Origin: a virus
Reading direction: 5' to 3' (one strand)
DNA length: 64,000 nt
IMG/VR virus record: IMGVR_UViG_3300022562_002256
Span: 134,046-198,045 of that record
Below, piece by piece: positions 36,706-43,852 of this stretch. Position 1 is the stretch's first letter; every line of letters begins with the position of its first letter. The notes beneath the pieces were generated by a model. That model was not told the origin of the DNA and ran no database searches. It worked only from the letters and a program-made list of their open reading frames with translations. The position numbers and the translations under genes were made by a program.

Positions 36706-36824
36706 GTTTGCGCGTCGATTTTGGCGAGTTGGTGAATCCGATCACGGTGGCACGCACGATCTGGCACTCAAGTGGCTCTCAGATTATGCCGGTAAATTCT
36801 GCCGGCCAAACGCAAGAAGTGCGC
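36706..36824 (-). repeat. 119-bp dispersed repeat, copy 2 (inverted)
   Basis: see copy 1 at 23377-23495. Confidence 0.9.
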
Positions 36825-36878
36825 ACGTCTCAGGGAGGCGAGTCCACGGGCGGCGGTGGCACGGCGGCCTGCGCGCCA

Positions 36879-36894
36879 TGGCACGCATTGTGCA
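36879..36894 (+). promoter_or_regulatory. sigma54-type promoter motif
   Basis: TGGCACGCATTGTGCA; ATG 14 nt later opens a 25-aa ORF. Confidence 0.7.
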
Positions 36895-36980
36895 ACGAGG
36901 ACCGTCATGGGCACACACATCATTGCGGATATAGGGGCGCCGCCGTCCGGCGCATGCACCGTGTCAAGCGAGGAGGGGTC

Positions 36981-37225
36981 GTGAGTCGCCACTACTATGC
37001 CGCCATCGTCACCGATGGCATGCGCCCCGTAGCCTGGGGATGTGGGACGAGCGGTCGGCGGAACGTGACGCAACCAGGTGGCTCGACGTCGAAGCGATGG
37101 GGCTCACCACAGCCCGCGTCACACGCCGGCAATACCTCGCCATCAAGGCGGGGACGCCGGGTTGCGACGACTTGGGTATTGTCGTCAAGGTGCGAGCCGA
37201 TGGACGCCTGATGGTGACGACGTGA
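36981..37225 (+). pseudogene. small gene with apparent 1-nt frameshift
   Basis: GAGGAGG RBS + GTG; adding one G near 37051 joins SRHYYAAIVTDG..WGCGTSG to SAERDATRWLD. Confidence 0.4.
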
Positions 37226-37760
37226 GCCCCAGGGAAGAACTGGCCGCCATTGATGCGGAGATCGAACAGCTCGAGGCACGGCGCGCGGCGATATACAAGG
37301 CGTCGGCCGCATCCGCCGACCTCGCCGACAAGGTGTGCGACGACCACCTTGCCGAGTTGCTGTCCGAACCACTGCCGCGGATGCACTACCCGGTCATCGT
37401 CGCCGGGTTCACCTGGCGCCCCGGCGCTGCGTACATGGTCCCCAACCGCCGTCAGAAGCCGGGGGTCACGACGTGGGTGGCCGTGCGGCCATGCGACGAC
37501 ACGCGCACGTACCTCGGCGTGCTCGTCGGCGACATCGCGACCATGCTCGATGTGCGCTACAACTCGAGCGCCGGTGTGATGGAGGTGGCACCGGCGCTCT
37601 ACAACCCGGCGATTTGGGTACCTGATCTCGCGCGGCTCGTGTTTGGCCTGGGGTCGTGGTGGGGGGAGTGATCACGACCCCAGATGGGCTCCGCCAGATC
37701 ACCGATGCGGACATCAGCAACGTCTGGTATGTCCGGGCGCTGAGGGACATGGGTGGGTGA
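37222..37760 (+). pseudogene. conserved phage protein with frameshift in G6 run at 37661-37666
   Basis: VAVRPC..TYLGV..GD, NPAIWVPDL...FG..SWWG stops early; shifted frame continues VITTPDGLRQITDADISNVWYVRAL, the C-terminus I recall for this family. Confidence 0.55.
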
Positions 37761-37791
37761 CGCGCCCTGCGGGTGTTGGTAGAGAAATGAT

Positions 37792-38085
37792 ATGGCTCGA
37801 ACCAAGAAACAACCAGCACAATCCATGCCAGGCGCACCGATCAGCGACGACCGCGTGGCGGACGACTCGATCGCGCGCAAGCCCCTTCCTGGAGGATGCC
37901 CGGTCCAGCTTTGGCCCGTGGAACTGGCGTCGGGGCTTCGCGTGGTCGAGCCCCCAGCGCACGGTGATCTCTTCGCATGGGCGGCGTCAAGGCCCGCTCA
38001 GGGGACACAACTCAAGCTGTTCGATTCCGCGGGCGGGGTCGGTGATGACGATGACGGACATGGGAGGACCACGCCCCGAGGATGA
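37792..38085 (+). CDS. small protein with QLKLF clamp-binding-like motif, similar to the transposase tail
   Basis: GDLFAWAA and GTQLKLFD are also present in the transposase C-terminus. Confidence 0.55.
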   Translation: MARTKKQPAQSMPGAPISDDRVADDSIARKPLPGGCPVQLWPVELASGLRVVEPPAHGDLFAWAASRPAQGTQLKLFDSAGGVGDDDDGHGRTTPRG

Positions 38086-38179
38086 TGAGGCGCCACCCGA
38101 GCGGCTTCCGGAACGGCCGGCGGTGCGCGCAGTGATCCATGGCGGAGCGCCTCGCAAGCCATGCCCGCGGGCCCATGCT

Positions 38180-38195
38180 TGGCACGGCACGTGCA
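38180..38195 (+). promoter_or_regulatory. sigma54-type promoter motif
   Basis: TGGCACGGCACGTGCA; ATG 15 nt after the -12 C. Confidence 0.7.
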
Positions 38196-38208
38196 AGCGT
38201 GCCCCGGC

Positions 38209-38769
38209 ATGAAGGCGCCCATCACCAACACCGCCCGGGTCGCTATAGGCTTCCGCGATGTGCCTCGGTTTCCAGAAGCACGCTACGAGATCACGGTCGA
38301 TTGGCGTGACCTGGAGGGTCACATCGGAGCCATCGACAAAGATCGTGGGTTCGTCATGGAGCCGGACTACCAGCGCGGTCACGTGTGGACTGACGCGCAG
38401 CGGTCGGCTTACATCGAGTACGGGCTCATGGGGGGCGAGTCGTCGATGGTAATCACCGTCAACTGCGCTGAGTGGATTTCCGGACTTGACGCGCAGGTCG
38501 AGTTACTCGATGGGCTGCAGCGTGTCACGGCGGTGAGGATGTTCCTCCGCGGCGATGCCACAGCGTTCGGACAGCGCGTGCATGAATTTGGAGACATCCG
38601 CCGTTGTCGAGCGGGCTTCCGGTGGCGCGTGCTCACGCTCGCGACGCGGGTGCAGGTGCTCCGGCAATACCTGCTCATGAACTCGGGGGGTGTTGTTCAC
38701 TCGCCCAAGGAGATCGCGCGCGTGCGGGCGTTGCTGGACGCGGCGCAAAGAGAGGGTGACGCCGCGTGA
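38209..38769 (+). CDS. standalone DUF262 (GmrSD N-terminal / ParB-like) protein
   Basis: PDYQRGHVWT..Q...YIE, LLDGLQRVTAV..F, LMNSGG..HS..EI. Confidence 0.8.
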   Translation: MKAPITNTARVAIGFRDVPRFPEARYEITVDWRDLEGHIGAIDKDRGFVMEPDYQRGHVWTDAQRSAYIEYGLMGGESSMVITVNCAEWISGLDAQVELLDGLQRVTAVRMFLRGDATAFGQRVHEFGDIRRCRAGFRWRVLTLATRVQVLRQYLLMNSGGVVHSPKEIARVRALLDAAQREGDAA

Positions 38770-38786
38770 CATTTTGGCCATGGCAG

Positions 38787-38855
38787 ACCACGCCGATGGG
38801 ATGGACGAATCCCGGGCTGAGACCCGAGACCGCCCGAACCAGCAACACCAACGGA
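38787..38855 (+). repeat. 69-bp RNA-like element, copy 1
   Basis: first 40 bp 36/40 identical to 56891-56930; CACCAACGGA recurs at identical spacing. Confidence 0.85.
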
Positions 38856-38862
38856 GGCACAC

Positions 38863-39564
38863 ATGACTTGTTCTGTAAGTTGCACTGACGCCGGATTTTC
38901 ACGCGTTCACGCGTTCGTTCCCTCTCACACGTCTGCGTTTGTGGTGGACACGGACACGTATGCTGGTCACTTCGAGCGTGAGCTCGTTGCCCATATGACA
39001 GGTCACGTCGGCGACTGCGGCGTGGGGGACGCCCTGGCCGCGGCGGCCCGCGCCGAGTTGCCATCGCGTGTGCGGGAATGGGCGGATGCGCACGTCGTGA
39101 AGCTGCCAGCCGCGGATGAGCAACGGTGTTGCAGGCCGGCCGGCCTCGTTCCAACGCCAGGCTGGTTCAACACCGGCCTGGGTGACCACTTCCCCGATGG
39201 CACGTCGACCGAGGTGGTGAGGGCTGCGTACGAGAAGGCCGCGCGGGCGGAGCTCGCCTATCGAGCGGATGGCCTGGAGCGACAGCGAGCAAGCGCCATC
39301 ATGCGACCGGACATCGAAGCGATCGACGCCGCCCTAGTGGAGGCACGGGAGTGGACGGAGAACCTCTTGGCGCAAGGCCCGGGCCGCTACGCCGCCTACC
39401 TGTCCGTGGCGGTCTGGCTCGCCGCGCCACCACCCGAGTGGGTGGTAAAGACTTTCAAGGAGCGGGCCTGGTCGTTCCAGGCGTTGCCGTCGCCAAAGCA
39501 CAAGCCACACGCCATCACGGGATTCCGCTATCAGTTCGGCGATGGCACCACGCGAGCGGCTTAG
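38863..39564 (+). CDS. hypothetical protein
   Basis: GGAGG RBS; FVVDTDTYAGHFERELVAHMTG. Confidence 0.65.
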   Translation: MTCSVSCTDAGFSRVHAFVPSHTSAFVVDTDTYAGHFERELVAHMTGHVGDCGVGDALAAAARAELPSRVREWADAHVVKLPAADEQRCCRPAGLVPTPGWFNTGLGDHFPDGTSTEVVRAAYEKAARAELAYRADGLERQRASAIMRPDIEAIDAALVEAREWTENLLAQGPGRYAAYLSVAVWLAAPPPEWVVKTFKERAWSFQALPSPKHKPHAITGFRYQFGDGTTRAA

Positions 39565-39577
39565 ATAACCACGGCGT

Positions 39578-39593
39578 TGGCACGCTTTGTGCA
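39578..39593 (+). promoter_or_regulatory. sigma54-type promoter motif
   Basis: TGGCACGCTTTGTGCA. Confidence 0.7.
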
Positions 39594-39643
39594 ACGCCCA
39601 AGCACATCTCGCGCTTGTTCAACGCGCGAGTATGGAGATGCTC

Positions 39644-39913
39644 ATGCCAACCAGAAAAATCGCCGATATGCCGCTCCCCGACCAATGGCGGCGGGTGTGC
39701 ACGCATCCCGAACACAACCCGCCATCGATGATGGTGTACCAACCCGGGGTGTACGAGCACACGTGTCCCGGGTGCGGTCGACGCGTAACGTTCACCGTGC
39801 CCATGGTGTGGTGGTCTACTAAGCCGCTCGCGTGGTGCCATCAGCCGAGCGATGACGATGCCTCTGCTCAGGCTTACAGGCGGGGCAGAGCGACGCTCCC
39901 GCCGACCCTATGA
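39644..39913 (+). CDS. small Zn-binding protein
   Basis: C.HPEHNPP.M....PG.YEHTCPGCG. Confidence 0.6.
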   Translation: MPTRKIADMPLPDQWRRVCTHPEHNPPSMMVYQPGVYEHTCPGCGRRVTFTVPMVWWSTKPLAWCHQPSDDDASAQAYRRGRATLPPTL

Positions 39914-40461
39914 GATATCGCTGCGCCGGCGGCGTGGTCTACTCGGCGCGTGTGGATCACCGCGCCGACCCGGACGCGTTGATGGTCACCATCAGGCCGC
40001 TGGCCAGCGATGCGCCTGACCTTATCGGTTCCGCGTTCGCCCCGTCGCATCAGATATGGTCTGCGGCCATGCGTGCCCGAGATGAGGCGGCCGAGTGGCG
40101 GAGGCGGGGTGACGACCTGTTGGAGGCACCTACCGCGGTCGAGAGGGTGGCATGCTACGCGCGCGCAGAGCGGATCGAGGCTGAGGCGTGGGCGGCATAC
40201 ATGCCAGCGTTCATGGCCGAGATGCGTGTCAGTGCGGGGCTGCCTCCAAGTCGGTGGGGGCCCGGCGAGCGGGCGGCGGACCAGCGCGGGGTGGTAGCGC
40301 GACGGGACGCGTGGGAGCACGTGCTCAGCCGCGATCGTGTGGTTGTGCTGTGCTACTGTGTGGTGGCACCGTTGCCGGCTGAGCTGCGATGCCATCGGGT
40401 GTTGCTCCGGCGAGACATCTTGCCGGCCATGGGCATGAGGGACGGCGGTGAGCTGCGGTGA
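39910..40461 (+). CDS. DUF488-like protein
   Basis: FAPS, W..Y...F..EMR.S, W..VL....VVVLCYC.....CHR..L. Confidence 0.5.
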   Translation: MRYRCAGGVVYSARVDHRADPDALMVTIRPLASDAPDLIGSAFAPSHQIWSAAMRARDEAAEWRRRGDDLLEAPTAVERVACYARAERIEAEAWAAYMPAFMAEMRVSAGLPPSRWGPGERAADQRGVVARRDAWEHVLSRDRVVVLCYCVVAPLPAELRCHRVLLRRDILPAMGMRDGGELR

Positions 40462-40510
40462 ACCCGGCACAAGTGCCCAGGCACTTCAGTGGGAGAGGCC
40501 GGCGCCGACA

Positions 40511-40936
40511 TCACGATGATGGAGGGCACTCGTGTTGGTCCCACGGCGGAAACGGGAACTTGAGCATAGCGACGCGGACGTCGAAGGGCTTGTAGACGCC
40601 GCTTGCGATGAGCTTTCCGTCGACCAGACGGACGGTGCCGCTCCACGTGTGCCCGAAGGGCTCGCTGTTCCATGACCATGGCTCGCGGCTCACGAGCGAG
40701 CAGCCCGTGTCAGCGAGCAGCCCGTCGAGGTCGGTGGGGAGCACCAAAGTCGTCCACCCCTCGATACCGTGCGCGGGGTCGGCGTAGAACAGAATGGCGC
40801 GCGTGGCGAACTGGACATCGCCGCCAACCAACCCCACCTTGAGGATTTCGTAGGGCCTGGCGATCGTGGTGGGATCGTCGACGAAGCGGCTTCCGCACTT
40901 GGGGCAGAGGAGGATGGCGGGGAGGGGTGTATCCAT
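40511..40936 (-). CDS. hypothetical protein with N-terminal CPKCG
   Basis: single ORF opposite to flanking operons. Confidence 0.5.
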   Translation of the reverse strand: MDTPLPAILLCPKCGSRFVDDPTTIARPYEILKVGLVGGDVQFATRAILFYADPAHGIEGWTTLVLPTDLDGLLADTGCSLVSREPWSWNSEPFGHTWSGTVRLVDGKLIASGVYKPFDVRVAMLKFPFPPWDQHECPPSS

Positions 40937-40983
40937 AAGCGCGTCCTGTGCAAGACGCGGGCCGCCTTGAGGGGCGGCCCGGG

Positions 40984-40999
40984 TGGCATGGATCGTGCA
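40984..40999 (+). promoter_or_regulatory. sigma54-type promoter motif
   Basis: TGGCATGGATCGTGCA. Confidence 0.7.
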
Positions 41000-41076
41000 T
41001 GGTGGCGGATGGAGGAACAGATGATAACAGCACAGGCAGCGATGGATCGGCTCGCATCGAGGGACAGTCAGGCATT

Positions 41077-41394
41077 ATGACAACCCCCGTGAGCGCGGAC
41101 GTCACCGAGCGCTACCTGCGCGCGAAGGGGTGGACCAAGCGGGGTGCTTGGTGGGTGAACCCCGACCACTCGCGTTCGGTGTGTCTTCAATATGTCGCAC
41201 ACGAGGGAGTCGGTGCGCTAACCCCACGTGAACTAATCGAGATTGGTATTTGCGTGGCGGTCGACCACCTCCAGCGTCGCGGCACGCCACCGGGCACGCA
41301 CGCCGATCGAGTGCAGGTGGTGGCGGAAGGCGAGCTCCTCGCGCTGGTCGGGTTGACCCTCGAGGCGTGGGATGCGACGAAGGGGCCAGCATGA
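41077..41394 (+). CDS. hypothetical protein
   Basis: ATGA-coupled to a 19-aa upstream ORF (41021-41080). Confidence 0.6.
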   Translation: MTTPVSADVTERYLRAKGWTKRGAWWVNPDHSRSVCLQYVAHEGVGALTPRELIEIGICVAVDHLQRRGTPPGTHADRVQVVAEGELLALVGLTLEAWDATKGPA

Positions 41395-42098
41395 CGACGT
41401 TGTACTTCGGGCCGCCCCCGCATATGGACGTGGTGCGCAATGTCTTCCACGACGTCGTGCCTGGACCAGCGGCGGTGAGCCCTGCATATCCGACGGTGCT
41501 CATCGGAGTCGGCGCAGAAGGGTGCGCTGCTCTCGCGGAGGTGTTGGCCGTTGCCAGCCAGCAGATGCATCGCGGCCTGCGCGGTGTGGTCCTTGTCGAC
41601 CCCGTGGCGCCGTACGCGGCTCGGCGCCGCGTGCATGTCGCGCAAGGTCATGGGCCGGAGTGCTATGTCGATGAGATCCCGCTCGGTCCGCTCGAGCGGT
41701 TCCGGCGGATAGCCGAGGCGTGTCGCAACGGCGAGCCGTGGGCTGACGGTGAGCCCAGCCGGTTGCGGTTTGTCATCGCATGCAGCCCGGTCGCACAACG
41801 GTGTGCCGAGTGCGCGGCGAACACGGTCCCCGGTTGGGTGTCGGTTGCGTTTTCGCGCGCCCACCAACCCTGCTGTGCCTGCGGCGGTACGGGGCGCATG
41901 CTTTCCAGTGCCGAGGTGGCTCACGAGTTGTCCGGCGGAACGACGGTGCCGCGGGGCGGTCTGTGGCTTGGCCGCCTGTGGTCGAGTGGTGGAATGTCGG
42001 TCATGACCTACGCGGACCGGGGCAAACTCGCTCTCCACGCGGCAGTGGCACACCTGGCGGCGCTGTTGGCTGATTGTGGCACCGAGGAGGCGAGATGA
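41391..42098 (+). CDS. hypothetical protein, tandem paralogue A (Rossmann-like N-terminus, two CxxC)
   Basis: MTTLYFGP..., VLIGVGAEG, LRGVVLVDP, CSP..CAEC..CCACGG. Confidence 0.65.
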   Translation: MTTLYFGPPPHMDVVRNVFHDVVPGPAAVSPAYPTVLIGVGAEGCAALAEVLAVASQQMHRGLRGVVLVDPVAPYAARRRVHVAQGHGPECYVDEIPLGPLERFRRIAEACRNGEPWADGEPSRLRFVIACSPVAQRCAECAANTVPGWVSVAFSRAHQPCCACGGTGRMLSSAEVAHELSGGTTVPRGGLWLGRLWSSGGMSVMTYADRGKLALHAAVAHLAALLADCGTEEAR

Positions 42099-42667
42099 CC
42101 ACTCTCTATTACGGGCCGGCTGAGCAACTCGGTACGGTCCGCGAGGCGTTTCCAAACGCCCAGCCCGGGTTGCCTGCGGCCGTGGGGCCATCTCCGCAGG
42201 TGCTTGTGTCGGTGGGGGCCGACGGGTTTGCCGACCTCGCCTACGTGCTCGCGAGCGCCGGCGAGCAAATGAAGGGCGGGTTGAGGGGCATCCTGCTTTT
42301 TGACCCGTGCTGGAGGGGGCCGGGCGTCGAGTCGGTCGTGGGAACGGGGAACCCCCTCGCCCACCTGGCGGCCCGCGCCGCGCGGCATGCCCCGACCGAG
42401 TTGTGGGTTCTTATCGAGTGCAGTCCGCGACTAAAATCCTGCTTTGGCTGCGGTGTGGCGGCCCAGCCATGTCAGGTCTGCGCGGGCGCAGTGACGTCCA
42501 GTGCCGAGGTGGCGTGGCACCTGTCCGGCCGCCGCTCGATGCGGCGCGGTGGCCTGTGGATGGAAGGGGGTTTGGTGATCATCACTCACCCGGATAGGAG
42601 CGATATTGATGGCGTGGCCCTCGGGCCAGCGGTAGCTCGCCTTGCCAGGAATGTGGGGGCGTCATGA
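42095..42667 (+). CDS. hypothetical protein, tandem paralogue B
   Basis: MTTLYYGP..., VLVSVGADG, LRGILLFDP, CSP..CFGC..CQVC, SSAEVA..LSG...RGGLW. Confidence 0.65.
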   Translation: MTTLYYGPAEQLGTVREAFPNAQPGLPAAVGPSPQVLVSVGADGFADLAYVLASAGEQMKGGLRGILLFDPCWRGPGVESVVGTGNPLAHLAARAARHAPTELWVLIECSPRLKSCFGCGVAAQPCQVCAGAVTSSAEVAWHLSGRRSMRRGGLWMEGGLVIITHPDRSDIDGVALGPAVARLARNVGAS

Positions 42668-43368
42668 GTTGCGTGTACTTCAACACCCCCGACGGGTGGG
42701 CCCGCCTCGCCGGTGCTGAGCGCTACCATGCCGCTCATGTGGCGGAGGCCGTGGGGCTCACCATGTTACTCGACGCGGAGTGGGATGCGCTTGTCCCTCA
42801 GCCAAACGTCGCGGTTGGTCACCGCACGCGGGAGATGCTGCGGGTGTTGCTGAGCGTGTCCGCTGAGGACTACGCCTACCAACTCCCCGACGGGAGCCGT
42901 CATGGCGTTTGGCAGACGCTCCTGAATACCGCCATCGCCACGGGGGCAGACCCCGTGTGCCTGCTCGCGCACATCCACGGTCAGTGCGAGATCCATTGCT
43001 ACACCGACGGCGAGCACCGTGAGTGGCTCGCGTCGATAATCGAGTCTGGGCGGCGCGTCAACGTGATGCGCCCCAACATGGGATGGGAGGGCGTCGTGAG
43101 CCTGCTCCGGTCATCCTCGGTTCATCCGGTCGTGATGAGCTACAGCGTGACGGAAGGCTTTCCTAACTCGGCGGTGGCACAGTGGGATGGCACAGGTGAG
43201 GCGTGGGCCGCGCTGCCCAAAGCCGAGCAGTGGCGACTCGCGACGGGAGGGCTCCGAGCGACGCGGAAGGGCTGCCGGTTGGCGCCCGAGACGCTGCGCC
43301 GCGGGTTTGGCACAGGGCTGAGCGCGTTCGATGTGGTGCATGCGCTGAAGCCCGTGCGGGGGCAATAG
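42664..43368 (+). CDS. conserved hypothetical protein
   Basis: LNTAIATGADPVCLLAHIHGQCEIHCY, GWEGVV.LLR, PVVMSYSVTEGFPN. Confidence 0.7.
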   Translation: MSCVYFNTPDGWARLAGAERYHAAHVAEAVGLTMLLDAEWDALVPQPNVAVGHRTREMLRVLLSVSAEDYAYQLPDGSRHGVWQTLLNTAIATGADPVCLLAHIHGQCEIHCYTDGEHREWLASIIESGRRVNVMRPNMGWEGVVSLLRSSSVHPVVMSYSVTEGFPNSAVAQWDGTGEAWAALPKAEQWRLATGGLRATRKGCRLAPETLRRGFGTGLSAFDVVHALKPVRGQ

Positions 43369-43370
43369 TC

Positions 43371-43565
43371 ATGGACGACGAGCCGGATACGCTGATCACA
43401 GCGGACCGCGAGTTCATCGAGGGAATGCGCGGAGCGTCGTTGCCCGACCTCGACACGATGCTTCGGTGGCAGTGCGGCGAGCCGTGGCGCCGCATGGCGG
43501 TCCTTCGGGCGATGGCTCGCCGCCGTGGCGAGCGCATGCCGGCGGTAGACGACGTGATGATTTAG
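43371..43565 (+). CDS. hypothetical protein
   Basis: last gene of operon before portal. Confidence 0.5.
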   Translation: MDDEPDTLITADREFIEGMRGASLPDLDTMLRWQCGEPWRRMAVLRAMARRRGERMPAVDDVMI

Positions 43566-43581
43566 CACTACTCCTTACGTC

Positions 43582-43610
43582 GGCCCGTGGCACAAAGTGT
43601 GCCACGGGCC
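43582..43610. promoter_or_regulatory. 29-bp palindrome: terminator-like hairpin and/or bidirectional sigma54-type site
   Basis: GGCCCGTGGCAC-AAAGT-GTGCCACGGGCC; both strands read TGGCAC-N6-TGCC (GG-N10-GC). Confidence 0.55.
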
Positions 43611-43852
43611 GCTCCATCTCGGCTCGGCGCCCGGTGCGGTATGGTTGGCAGCTACAATTAGCGTGCAAGCTGTCGGCCGGTTCTCGGCACCATGCGCGCC
43701 GCTGCTGTGCCAGGGTGTGCCTACACTCGCGCACGCGGTGTGCCCTCGCGGGGTGACGTGCGCATTGGTAGACCACCTCACGGCCGGGGGCGCTGCTTCG
43801 CCGCGCTCCTTCTCGGCGCTTCCGGCCGCCTTTTGCTCATGGAGCCAACCAT

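Noticed and set aside
36856-36872. Additional sigma54-like sites (36856; also 13545 and 12960)
   Set aside because: GG-GC spacing is not 10 nt or the -12 GC is absent.
38787-38855. TPP riboswitch or hammerhead ribozyme (CUGAGA)
   Set aside because: Lacks the TPP ACCUGAU/UAAU..GCG.AGGGA elements and the hammerhead GAAA-stem III-UH arrangement.
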